A stretch of DNA of 27,645 bases from Bacteroidia bacterium (lineage in GTDB: Bacteria; Bacteroidota; Bacteroidia; NS11-12g; UBA955), in NCBI GenBank assembly GCA_041688295.1, contig JBDNIM010000101.1:1-27645 (forward strand), read 5' to 3'. The notes beneath the pieces are model-generated. The model made no database searches, was not told the DNA's origin, and saw nothing but the letters and a program-made list of their open reading frames with translations. Shown in pieces: positions 9,635 through 18,582 of the stretch. Position 1 is the stretch's first letter, and each line of letters starts with the position of its first letter. Both the position numbers and the translations under genes were made by a program.

Positions 9635-10869
9635 TTCTTTGGTTGGTATTTAAGTACAGTATAGTTTTTAGTGGATAAATAGGTTTTACATACCCGCAAT
9701 ACATCAGCTTCGGTTATTTTTTGTATTTCGTCTATTTCAGTGTTTATTTTATTGGTGTCGCCTAACAAATGTGAATAGCAAAGTCCCATTGCTTTGTTTA
9801 AGACAGATGTTTTGCTAAACAAGTTGCCTGTTATAGCTTTATTTTTTACTTTTTCTAACTCGTTACTTTGCAATCCTTCCTTCATTATTTGAAAAAATAT
9901 TTCTAAAACCGATTGTTCCGCTTCATCAAATTCTATGTTTTCGTTTAGCTTGCCTTCCACAACCAATAGACCAGGGTCAATATCTCCAGAAATATAAGCA
10001 GAGACATGAGAAAATACGCCTTTTTGTTTTACCAAAACCTCAGTGAAACGAGAAGATTCTGTGCCAGAGAGCATATCCGTTAAAACATCCAATGCATAAT
10101 AATCTGTATGGTTTCTTGCCACTGTGTCAAAGGCCATAAATATTGCTCTTTGTGGAACATCAGCTTCTATCGTTAGTTCTTTTCTTATAAATTTTGGCGT
10201 TTCAAGCGTGTATTTATTGCTGTTAACCGGCCCAGCAGGAATATCACCAAACCATTTTATAACAAGCGTTTTAGCCGCCTCAAAGTCAATATATCCGGCC
10301 AAACTGATAATAGCGTTAGATGGGTTGTAAAATTTATCGAAAAAAGCTTCAACGTCCTGAAGTTTAGCATTCTCAATATGGCTAATTTCCTTGCCAATAG
10401 TGGCCCATTGGTAAGGGTGTTTTTCGTAAGCAAGAGGTCTTAATTTTAGCCATGCATCGCCATAGGGTTGGTTCAAATACCGTTGTTTAAACTCTTCGAT
10501 TACCACACCTTTTTGAACCTTCAAAGCCTTTTCATTAAAATCTAAACGCAACATTCTGTCGCTCTCCAACCACAGCGCTGTTTCAATGTTTTCTGCCGGC
10601 AGGGTGATGTAATAATTTGTAATGTCATTGCTAGTAAAAGCATTGTTTTCGCCACTCGCCATTTGCAAGGGTGTGTCGAAGGAAGGGATATTTACCGAGC
10701 CGCCAAACATCAAATGTTCAAACAAATGCGCAAAACCCGTTTGTTCAGGGTTTTCGTCTCTTGCTCCCACATTATATAGAATATTGCAAACGCAAAGCGT
10801 TGTGTTTTTATCCTCATTATGAATAAGCGTTAAACCATTGGGCAGCTTATAGGTGTTAAATGAAATCAC
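9631..10869 (-). CDS. M16 (pitrilysin/insulinase) family zinc peptidase, catalytic subunit
   Basis: YNVGARDE, GFAHLFEHLMFGGS (HXXEH), NAFTSNDITNYY, LWLESDRM, VVIEEFKQR; GTG start; 4-nt overlap with the partner gene. Confidence 0.93.
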   Translation of the reverse strand: MISFNTYKLPNGLTLIHNEDKNTTLCVCNILYNVGARDENPEQTGFAHLFEHLMFGGSVNIPSFDTPLQMASGENNAFTSNDITNYYITLPAENIETALWLESDRMLRLDFNEKALKVQKGVVIEEFKQRYLNQPYGDAWLKLRPLAYEKHPYQWATIGKEISHIENAKLQDVEAFFDKFYNPSNAIISLAGYIDFEAAKTLVIKWFGDIPAGPVNSNKYTLETPKFIRKELTIEADVPQRAIFMAFDTVARNHTDYYALDVLTDMLSGTESSRFTEVLVKQKGVFSHVSAYISGDIDPGLLVVEGKLNENIEFDEAEQSVLEIFFQIMKEGLQSNELEKVKNKAITGNLFSKTSVLNKAMGLCYSHLLGDTNKINTEIDEIQKITEADVLRVCKTYLSTKNYTVLKYQPKK

Positions 10870-10873
10870 CCTG

Positions 10874-10881
10874 CAAATATA
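10874..10881 (-). promoter_or_regulatory. -7 element for the M16...mnmG operon
   Basis: TATATTTG on the minus strand, 4 nt before the GTG at 10869. Confidence 0.6.
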
Positions 10882-10978
10882 ATGAAATTAGTTAAGTTTA
10901 TTTTTTTGCAAATGTGGGTCATTTGGAGGATGAACTCGATACAATAAAGTCGGAAGCTGGAATTTTGGGGAGTAAACC

Positions 10979-11077
10979 TTTTCTGTTGATGGGATACCTT
11001 GTTCTGTAAAAGGCAATCAGCGCTCTTTTATCGGAAAACAGCAATCTTTATGGCTTAAAATATTTTCTGTTGATGGG
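10979..11077 (+). repeat. Pair of 15-bp direct repeats TTTTCTGTTGATGGG
   Basis: Exact copies at 10979-10993 and 11063-11077 (84-bp period) in noncoding DNA. Confidence 0.75.
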
Positions 11078-11260
11078 GTAAATTCTGTCTTTGTTTGTTA
11101 AGAGAAACATGTGCTAAAAACTTGAATCGAAAAACTAAAATTTCATTAACTAAGAATTGTTTTAGTAACACTAAATTTTGGCAATTTATTGCAAATTATC
11201 CCCTGCTTTGGTTTTATCATCATCAGCAAAATTAATTTATAAGAAAAAAAGAATTTCCAT

Positions 11261-11809
11261 TTATTGTAAAATAATAAATATCTTTTCTTGTAGTTTTTTT
11301 ATCACTTTTTTCTCTGAGATATAAGTGTTACTGGTTTTATTCGTATAAACAATTATTGTCCAATCTTCATTATCAAACAGTTTATTAAATTCTATTAATG
11401 AAATTTTTGTATAAAATCTGGAATTAAATTGTTTGTTTCTTTTTTCATTGAATAACAATCTAATGTCTTTCCTTAATATTTTATGTGTTGTATTTGCAAA
11501 GCGTAAACTATTAATACTTTTGAATAAAATGGAACTATGCAAAGATAAATTTACAATTACAGAATCCTTTACAATATTTTTATATCTAAATGTAAAATCT
11601 AAATGTATTTCTTCTCTATTTAGGGTGTTATAAAAAATCATTGGTTTTATAAAATACTGAGTACCTCCTTCCCCTAAATAAAATGTCTCAAACAAATTCT
11701 TGCCAGATTTTACACCTGAAGGCTTTACAGATGGGCATCCTGTTAGAAAAACAAATAACACTAAACCAATAAATATTTTTGAAATATAATTATTACTTGA
11801 TATTTTCAT
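11261..11809 (-). CDS. Putative lipoprotein of unknown function
   Basis: Hydrophobic stretch plus LTGC lipobox (IFIGLVLFVFLTGCPSVKP); very AT-rich. Confidence 0.75.
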   Translation of the reverse strand: MKISSNNYISKIFIGLVLFVFLTGCPSVKPSGVKSGKNLFETFYLGEGGTQYFIKPMIFYNTLNREEIHLDFTFRYKNIVKDSVIVNLSLHSSILFKSINSLRFANTTHKILRKDIRLLFNEKRNKQFNSRFYTKISLIEFNKLFDNEDWTIIVYTNKTSNTYISEKKVIKKLQEKIFIILQ

Positions 11810-11812
11810 TTT

Positions 11813-12037
11813 TCAATTTTGATTAAATCTATTTGAAAGTTCCGACCGATTAAAAAGAGAATCTGCGATTTTTTTAGAATTAGATATTGCTAGAATATAA
11901 ATTAAGTTTTTATCAAATACCTTTGAATATTCTGAAATATAAGTAGTGTCATTATTATGTGTTTTATAAAAATAAGAAAGAGAGTCCGTATGCAATTCTA
12001 ATGTATTATTCGACTGTTGAAAAATTTGAAACATCAC
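11813..12037 (-). pseudogene. Probable 3' gene remnant (74 aa)
   Basis: Ends 3 nt before the lipoprotein start; its start codons lie inside a hairpin and there is an in-frame TAG shortly upstream; no signal peptide or motif. Confidence 0.4.
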
Positions 12038-12065
12038 TCGCTTTCGCTTGCATCTTGCGAGTGAT
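12033..12065. repeat. GC-rich inverted repeat (REP-like hairpin)
   Basis: ATCACTCGC-N15-GCGAGTGAT, a perfect 9-bp stem in AT-rich context. Confidence 0.6.
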
Positions 12066-12176
12066 AAAACTTGCCACTTTAGGTATTCCTAAATAAAAAA
12101 CCCACCTCATTTCAAACAAGGAAACCAAGCCCATTATTTCTCTAAATAAATAACATAAAATTTTAATAAGAAGTGT

Positions 12177-12184
12177 TATTTTTG
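12177..12184 (+). promoter_or_regulatory. -7 element for fabG-tatC-rpiB
   Basis: TATTTTTG, 23 nt before the ATG at 12208. Confidence 0.6.
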
Positions 12185-12207
12185 CCTAGAAAAGTAACCC
12201 CTAAAAT

Positions 12208-12951
12208 ATGTTAAACGGAAAAACAGCTTTAATAACTGGCGCAAGCCGAGGAATAGGTAAAGGAATAGCAGAAACATTTGCAAAAAATGGTGCCAATATC
12301 GCCTTTACATTTGCGAGTTCGGTAGAGAAAGCACGCGCTTTTGAGCAAGAATTAACCGATAAATATGGTGTTAAAGCCAAAGGCTATCAAAGCGATGCGT
12401 CTAACTTTAATGCTGCACACGAATTGGTGGATTTAATCATTGCCGACTTCGGAACGATTGATATTTTGATTAACAATGCTGGCATTACGAAAGATAATTT
12501 ATTAATGCGAATGACAGAGGAGCAATGGGACGATGTAATTAACACCAACCTGAAATCTGCTTTCAATCTGACCAAGGCTTGTTTAAAAACATTTCTTAAA
12601 AACAGAGCGGGAAGCATCATAAACATGACCTCTGTTGTGGGTGTGAACGGCAATGCAGGCCAGTCTAACTACAGCGCAAGCAAAGCGGGTATGATTGGGT
12701 TTACAAAATCGATGGCGAAGGAATTGGGCAGCCGAAATGTGCGTTGCAATGCCATTGCCCCAGGTTTTATTGAAACCGAAATGACCGCAACCCTAAACGA
12801 AGAAATTAAAAAACAATGGATTGACACCATTCCTTTGAAAAGGGGCGGTAGCACAGAGGATGTGGCCAATGTTTGTTTATTTTTAGCCAGCGATATGAGC
12901 GCATATATTACAGGCCAAACCATCAGTGTATGTGGCGGTATGTTAATGTAA
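12208..12951 (+). CDS. fabG: 3-oxoacyl-ACP reductase FabG
   Basis: TGASRGIG, INNAGITKDNLLMRM, GNAGQSNYSASKAG (YxxxK), NAIAPGFIETEMT, YITGQTISVCGGM. Confidence 0.95.
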   Translation: MLNGKTALITGASRGIGKGIAETFAKNGANIAFTFASSVEKARAFEQELTDKYGVKAKGYQSDASNFNAAHELVDLIIADFGTIDILINNAGITKDNLLMRMTEEQWDDVINTNLKSAFNLTKACLKTFLKNRAGSIINMTSVVGVNGNAGQSNYSASKAGMIGFTKSMAKELGSRNVRCNAIAPGFIETEMTATLNEEIKKQWIDTIPLKRGGSTEDVANVCLFLASDMSAYITGQTISVCGGMLM

Positions 12952-12955
12952 TATT

Positions 12956-13792
12956 TTGTCACTAGACCAACAACATACAGATAAAAGCGAGGACAAGGAA
13001 ATGTCCTTCTTCGACCATATTGACGAACTAAGAAAGTATTTGATGCGAAGCGCTTATGCGCTGGTTATCTTTTCTGCGATTGCGTTTATTTACATGGATT
13101 TTATATTCCATACAATTATCATTGGCCCTTTAAGCAATAAGTTTTTTACCTATCAATGGGTGTGTAATTTTGCAACAAAATATTTCCATACGGACAAATA
13201 TTGTTTTAAAGATTTAAAATACAGCCTTTTGAACACGGAAATGGCAGGGCAGTTTATGCTATCCTTTAAATTGTCCTTTATTGTCGGAATAATTGCAAGT
13301 ATGCCTTTTATACTTTGGCAAGTATGGTTGTTCCTTAAGCCTGCCCTATCTGAAAAAGAAAGAAAAAATACCCGTGGGTTTGTTTTTTACACCACTATTT
13401 TGTTTGCCTTGGGTATTATGTTCGGCTATTTTGTTCTGTGTCCTATTTCTGTAAACTTTTTCTTTAATTATTCTTTGAGCTCTACCATCGAAAATAAAAT
13501 AAGTATTCAAAATATAGTTGGTTTTATGAGTCTATTGGTAATAGGCACGGGTTTAATTTTTGAATTGCCAATATTAATGTATTTCTTGGCTCGCATTGGG
13601 TTAATATCTAGTGCCTTTCTAAACAAATACAGGAAATATGCTTTTGTTATTATCTTAATAGTGGCTGCTCTTGTAACGCCTCCCGATGTTGTTAGCCAAA
13701 TAATTTTAACCATTCCGCTTTATTCGCTTTTTGAATTGGGCATATTAATTACCAAAAGAGTGGAGAAAAACCGACTTTTATCAACCCCATAA
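12956..13792 (+). CDS. tatC: Twin-arginine translocase subunit TatC
   Basis: EMSFFDHIDELR, WLFLKPALSEKE, FELP, YRKYAFVIILIVAALVTPPDVVSQ, LYSLFELGI; about six TM segments; TTG start. Confidence 0.96.
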   Translation: MSLDQQHTDKSEDKEMSFFDHIDELRKYLMRSAYALVIFSAIAFIYMDFIFHTIIIGPLSNKFFTYQWVCNFATKYFHTDKYCFKDLKYSLLNTEMAGQFMLSFKLSFIVGIIASMPFILWQVWLFLKPALSEKERKNTRGFVFYTTILFALGIMFGYFVLCPISVNFFFNYSLSSTIENKISIQNIVGFMSLLVIGTGLIFELPILMYFLARIGLISSAFLNKYRKYAFVIILIVAALVTPPDVVSQIILTIPLYSLFELGILITKRVEKNRLLSTP

Positions 13793-13796
13793 AAAA

Positions 13797-14234
13797 ATGA
13801 AAACAATACATATTGGTTGCGACCATGCCGGTTTCGATTTGAAACAAGAATTGATTAAGTGGCTAGAAACAAATGGTTATAAAACACAAGATTATGGCAC
13901 ATTTTCTAAAGATTCTATGGATTATCCGGACACTGTGCACCCTTTGGCAACAGCTGTTGAAAAAGAAGAAAATGGCACAGGCATTTTAATTTGTGGCAGT
14001 GGAAATGGCGTTTGTTTAACAGCCAATAAGCACGAAGGCATTAGAGCAGCTTTGTGTTGGTTGCCCAATTTGGGGGCTTTAGCAAAACAACATAACAATG
14101 CCAATATCCTGTGTTTGCCTGCTCGTTTCGTGAGCCAAGAAACAGCTATACAAATTGTAGAAGCCTATTTGAATGCCGAATTTGAAGGTGGCAGACATCA
14201 AAGTAGAATTGACAAGATTTGCGGGTTTAATTAA
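13797..14234 (+). CDS. rpiB: Ribose-5-phosphate isomerase B
   Basis: IGCDHAGF, SMDYPD, GILICGSGNG, ANKHEGIRAAL, HNNANILCL, FEGGRHQSRIDKI. Confidence 0.95.
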   Translation: MKTIHIGCDHAGFDLKQELIKWLETNGYKTQDYGTFSKDSMDYPDTVHPLATAVEKEENGTGILICGSGNGVCLTANKHEGIRAALCWLPNLGALAKQHNNANILCLPARFVSQETAIQIVEAYLNAEFEGGRHQSRIDKICGFN

Positions 14235-14241
14235 ATTTTAT

Positions 14242-14249
14242 TACTTTTG
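14242..14249 (+). promoter_or_regulatory. -7 element for the C10 protease gene
   Basis: TACTTTTG, 21 nt before the ATG at 14271. Confidence 0.55.
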
Positions 14250-14270
14250 TAACAATTAAATGATATTGTT

Positions 14271-16901
14271 ATGAAAAAAAATCTACTATTTGTTTTAGCA
14301 TTAATTGCTTGTTTCAATCTATTTTCTAAATCTGTAAGCCAAGAAAAAGCGCAAGCTTTGGCAACGGGATTTTTTAAAAACTACTTTCCTTCGGTGTCCA
14401 AAGCCAATTGCTATTTAGCTTACCAATCGCAGAGCAATGCTTACAGCAACAGCAACAGCAGCACTCCCGAAAACTATTTTTATGTGTTTAATTATCAAAA
14501 CAAAGGCTTTGTTATCTTGAGTGCCGATGATGTTTTTACACCTATTATTGCTTATTCTTTAGAGAATGGGTTCACGGCCGACAACATGGCACAGCATGTA
14601 CAAAAATGGTTAGAGGGTTATAAAGAAGAAATTAGAGCAGGCATAAAAAATGGACTTGAAAGCACTATGGCCATCAATAATGAATGGAAAAACTTAGAAA
14701 ATGGCTTGCTTATTGGTGCTGAGAAAATTGGAAACACCAATCCTAAAAGGGGCAGCGTTTCGCCCTTGTTGACCACAAAATGGAACCAATCACCAAATTA
14801 TAATGCTTTGTGTCCTTATGACAATGGAGCAAGGCAACTAACTGTTAGCGGATGCGTTGCCACGGCCGTAACTCAAGTAATGAAATATTGGAACTATCCT
14901 GCAAAAGGAACGGGCAATTATTCTTACAATCATAGCAACTATGGCACGCTTTCTGCAAACTTTGCCGCAACAACTTACAATTGGTCTAACATGCCCAACA
15001 CGGTGAACAGCGGCAACTTTCAATCTGTCGCTCTGTTAACCTATCAAGTTGGGGTAAGTGTAGATATGAACTATGGAATTGCTTCCACGGGAGGCAGCGG
15101 TGCTTATGTTATTAGCAGCAAAAGCCCTGTAACCAATTGTGCTGAATATGCGCTCAAAACTTACTTCGGCTATAAAACCACTTTAAAAGGGGTGGAGAGA
15201 GCAAGCTACAATGCCACCAATTGGATAAATTTGCTGAAAGCAGAATTAGACGCTTCTCGTCCTATTATTTATGCCGGTTTTGGCTCGGGTGGTGGCCATT
15301 GTTTTGTTGCCGATGGCTACGACAACAATAATTTTTTCCATTTCAACTGGGGATGGGGTGGTAATTCCGATGGTTATTTCAGTATTAATGCCCTTAATCC
15401 CGGTTCTTTAGGTGCGGGCGGAGGCAGCGGAGGTTTTAATAGCGGACACCAAGCCATTATTGGTGTTGAGCCAAAGGAAGGTGGAACGAGCGCTTCTACT
15501 ATGGATATGCGTTTATATTCAGAAATCATATTGAATCAATCGCCTGTAAATTATAACACCAATTTCTCTGTGAACGTTAGTTTGGCTAATTTTGGTACAA
15601 CAAGTCAGCAAAATTTTCAAGGCGATTTTGCAGCTGCTATCTTTAATTCAAGCAATCAGTTTGTTTCTTTTGTTGAAACCAAAGCAATTAGTTTGCTAGA
15701 ATTTAATTTTTTTAATACCTACACATTTAGCACACAAGCATTGAGCAATTTGGTTCCGGGAACCTATAAAATGGGAATGTATTACAGAATAAAGAATACA
15801 ACAGATTGGAAAGCTTTTTCAAACAATGGTGGTTATTCCAACTTTCAATCTTTTGATGTAAAAGGATTGAATATAAATCCCCTAAAACTATATGCAGCCA
15901 TTTCAACAACGCCTTCTCCCATTGTGCAAAACAATAGTTTTGTGATTTCTTTTGACATAGCAAACTTTGATAATCGGGATTTTAATGGCGATGTGTCTGT
16001 CGATTTGCACAGTTCAGATGGAAAACACTTGGGAGAGTTAGGTATTAAAACAGGACTTTCTCTTCAAGCAGGCTATCATTTCACAAATGGCTTGCAATAC
16101 ACAATTAGCAGTGGCTTGGCAGATGAGCCAGGCAATTATCTGTTGTTTGTTTACTCTAAACCCTCAGGTGGAATATGGGATTATGTAGGAACCGGCAATT
16201 TTGCTAACCCTGTAAGCATTCTGGTGGTTGCGCCTAGCCTAAATCCAGATATTTATGAAAATAACAACACTGTTTCCACGGCCTATACCTTACCGGTTAG
16301 CTATGTTAACAACAAAGCGACAGTAAAAACAACAGGTTCTAATTGTCATATTGGCACCGACTACGATTTTTATAAAATTAACTTTCCCGTAGGTACAAAT
16401 TATGCTTTCTCTGCCAAACTTAACGATGCTTTAGTTTCTGACGATGGAAAAACATACACCCTAGATGCTGTGTTTTCTTATTCTTTAGACAATGGCGCTT
16501 CGTTTTCAGATGTGTTCGACACCCGAATAGGCGAAACTTTGATTTCAAAAGGGGGCAGCAATGTTATTTTTAAAGTGTCGCCCTATTTCACTGGCGGTAT
16601 TGGTACCTATTTGTTAGACATAAATATAGATTTTACCCAATCTGTGTCCGATCTGGCGTTTCAAAACCTAATAAAACTATATCCAAACCCAGCCAAAGAC
16701 TTTGTTACCGTTCAGTTTGATGCTATTAAGGTTAATTCCATTACCGTTATGGATGTTCAAGGCAGGATTATTGAAACCTACAAAAATCTAGACAAAGAAA
16801 ACTTGCTGCTGATAGAACAAAACAATCTGGGCGCGGGTATTTATTTCTTGAATATAGAAACAGACAAGGGCCTAGTTGTTAAAAAATTGGTGTTCAAATA
16901 A
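14271..16901 (+). CDS. C10 (streptopain/SpeB-family) cysteine protease with prodomain, Ig-like/PPC-like domains and T9SS type-A CTD
   Basis: Prodomain YFYVFN...GFVILSADD..PIIAYS; TTKWNQS, SGCVATAVTQVM (Cys), GGHCFVADGY (His), HFNWGWGG; DIYENNN...DYDFYK; C-terminal LYPNPAKD...GIYFL...VVKKLVFK. Confidence 0.93.
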   Translation: MKKNLLFVLALIACFNLFSKSVSQEKAQALATGFFKNYFPSVSKANCYLAYQSQSNAYSNSNSSTPENYFYVFNYQNKGFVILSADDVFTPIIAYSLENGFTADNMAQHVQKWLEGYKEEIRAGIKNGLESTMAINNEWKNLENGLLIGAEKIGNTNPKRGSVSPLLTTKWNQSPNYNALCPYDNGARQLTVSGCVATAVTQVMKYWNYPAKGTGNYSYNHSNYGTLSANFAATTYNWSNMPNTVNSGNFQSVALLTYQVGVSVDMNYGIASTGGSGAYVISSKSPVTNCAEYALKTYFGYKTTLKGVERASYNATNWINLLKAELDASRPIIYAGFGSGGGHCFVADGYDNNNFFHFNWGWGGNSDGYFSINALNPGSLGAGGGSGGFNSGHQAIIGVEPKEGGTSASTMDMRLYSEIILNQSPVNYNTNFSVNVSLANFGTTSQQNFQGDFAAAIFNSSNQFVSFVETKAISLLEFNFFNTYTFSTQALSNLVPGTYKMGMYYRIKNTTDWKAFSNNGGYSNFQSFDVKGLNINPLKLYAAISTTPSPIVQNNSFVISFDIANFDNRDFNGDVSVDLHSSDGKHLGELGIKTGLSLQAGYHFTNGLQYTISSGLADEPGNYLLFVYSKPSGGIWDYVGTGNFANPVSILVVAPSLNPDIYENNNTVSTAYTLPVSYVNNKATVKTTGSNCHIGTDYDFYKINFPVGTNYAFSAKLNDALVSDDGKTYTLDAVFSYSLDNGASFSDVFDTRIGETLISKGGSNVIFKVSPYFTGGIGTYLLDINIDFTQSVSDLAFQNLIKLYPNPAKDFVTVQFDAIKVNSITVMDVQGRIIETYKNLDKENLLLIEQNNLGAGIYFLNIETDKGLVVKKLVFK

Positions 16902-16902
16902 A

Positions 16903-17418
16903 ATGAAATATTGGTTTTTAATAAGTTTGCTTGTCTTTAGTGTTGCTTGCAAAAGCAAAAAGAAAGCGAAAGACAAAGAAATGGAAAATACGGTGTTTGT
17001 GCCAAACAATACCCCTGGCGCCAAAGCCATTGTTTATAAAACAATTAAAAACTACGACAAGTTTGTGGCTATTATTATGAGCCAAGATGGCAAAGAAATC
17101 ATAAGTTATCCCGATCCAAAGGATGTGGCCTCCAATGGCGATTTGATTGCGCTGCCGACAGTGTTAAAACAAGGCTATTTGCTAGACAACAGAGGAATTG
17201 GCCCGCAAGTGGCTTTCCTAAAAATCAGCTACAAAGACTTTGGCAAGCTAATGACACCACCTTCTTTAGAAGATATGCAAGCCATGATTTTAGAAAAAAG
17301 TCCTTTGCTAGAAATGTATGACTGCGGCAATCGAGACAGCATCAAAAACCTTACCCAAACCCTAAATTCTTTGATAGAAAAAAAACAATTGGACAAGGTT
17401 TGCAAAAAATTGTATTGA
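16903..17418 (+). CDS. Lipoprotein of unknown function, co-transcribed with the protease
   Basis: Start at MKYWFLISLLVFSVAC (lipobox), 1 nt after the protease stop; GYLLDNRGIG, PLLEMYDCG. Confidence 0.8.
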   Translation: MKYWFLISLLVFSVACKSKKKAKDKEMENTVFVPNNTPGAKAIVYKTIKNYDKFVAIIMSQDGKEIISYPDPKDVASNGDLIALPTVLKQGYLLDNRGIGPQVAFLKISYKDFGKLMTPPSLEDMQAMILEKSPLLEMYDCGNRDSIKNLTQTLNSLIEKKQLDKVCKKLY

Positions 17419-17437
17419 AAACGAACAAAGCCACCTA

Positions 17438-18571
17438 TTATTTTGATTCTGATAGATTCTGGAATAAATGTTTTTTAATCGAATCTTTTAATGCAGCAGA
17501 TAAAAATGTAGGCACAGCATTTCCTATTTGCAAGTTTTTATCGCCTCTTGAACCATAGAAAATATAATGGTCTGGAAAACATTGAATTCTAGCCCCTTCT
17601 CTTGTTGTCAGTGGCCTTGGTGCTATTGGATGGATACACCTCGATGATGAAGGGGTACTTAAATTTCTAGTAATTGTTGTACTAGGTCTGTTCCACCACA
17701 ATCTACAATAAGTATTTGCAAAACCACTTTTAGGTCTCATTTCTTCTGGCAAATCTTTTGGAGTTCCACCATCTGGAAGGTTTTCCATTATTTTGATTAA
17801 ACTACCATTATTGTTGGGGGAATTATGGTCCATTAATTTATTTGGAGCATTTTCTCTCATTAATTTCTGAAATTCATTAACAGGTTCAGTAGCATAAACA
17901 AAACATTCTTCGCTACTTTTGATAAAAGCAAGATCACCAATAGCTTCTCTTAATGTTAGATAAGGTTTTAATTCTTGATTTAAAAGATTAATGCCATCTT
18001 CAGGATTATATCTTGTTGGTTCAGGATACATATATTTAGCATCTAATTTTGTTCCTATAATTATTACTCTTTCTCTTATTTGAGGTGCCCCAAAATCTGC
18101 TGAATTTAAAACTTTATAATCAACCTTATAACCTAATGATTTAAACAACAAAATAATTGACTTTAATAATTCTCCTTGTTGCATAGAAATAAGACCTTTT
18201 ACATTTTCAAATAAAAACATTTTTGGATCTAATTCTTTGAGAACTCTAAAATATTCTTGAAATAGTTTTCCTTTTGGATCGTCAATTAACCTTTTTCCAA
18301 CAGTTGAATATGCTTGACAAGGAGGCCCTCCTATAATTAAATCTATGTCTCCTTTTTTAACACCAAAATCTTTTTTTAAATCTTCAAGTCCAAAATCTTT
18401 TATGTCTTTGCAATAAACTTTAACAGATGGATGATTTAACTCATAAGCTTTTGCCATATTAATCAAAATTTCATTAGCAGCTAAAATTTCAAAATTTTCA
18501 TCTTGAACAAACCCATAACTTAAACCGCCAACTCCTGCAAATAAATCAATAGTTTTGAATTTTTTAAGCAT
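17438..18571 (-). CDS. DNA (cytosine-5)-methyltransferase, Type II R-M
   Basis: IDLFAGVGG (I), GGPPCQ (IV), FENV (VI), QIRER (VIII), REGARIQCFP (IX), QIGNAVP (X). TRD RPKSGFANTY...WW..P..TITRNLSTPSSSRCIHP is recalled as matching H. pylori ACGT methyltransferases (not verified). Confidence 0.95.
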   Translation of the reverse strand: MLKKFKTIDLFAGVGGLSYGFVQDENFEILAANEILINMAKAYELNHPSVKVYCKDIKDFGLEDLKKDFGVKKGDIDLIIGGPPCQAYSTVGKRLIDDPKGKLFQEYFRVLKELDPKMFLFENVKGLISMQQGELLKSIILLFKSLGYKVDYKVLNSADFGAPQIRERVIIIGTKLDAKYMYPEPTRYNPEDGINLLNQELKPYLTLREAIGDLAFIKSSEECFVYATEPVNEFQKLMRENAPNKLMDHNSPNNNGSLIKIMENLPDGGTPKDLPEEMRPKSGFANTYCRLWWNRPSTTITRNLSTPSSSRCIHPIAPRPLTTREGARIQCFPDHYIFYGSRGDKNLQIGNAVPTFLSAALKDSIKKHLFQNLSESK

Positions 18572-18582
18572 AATCTTATATT

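Noticed and set aside
10882-10947. 21-aa plus-strand ORF MKLVKFIFLQMWVIWRMNSIQ
   Set aside because: Overlaps the M16 promoter region, with no promoter or conservation evidence.
10979-11077. CRISPR interpretation of the 15-bp repeats
   Set aside because: Only two copies, too short, 69-nt spacer, no cas genes.
14445-14463. CAGCAA mini-repeat (Ser-Asn run) in the C10 prodomain
   Set aside because: Too few units and in-frame; not a credible phase-variation tract.
3683-17770. Other parS half-sites (GTGGAAC near 3683, 10152, 15481; GTTCCAC near 17763)
   Set aside because: The other half-site has four or more mismatches.
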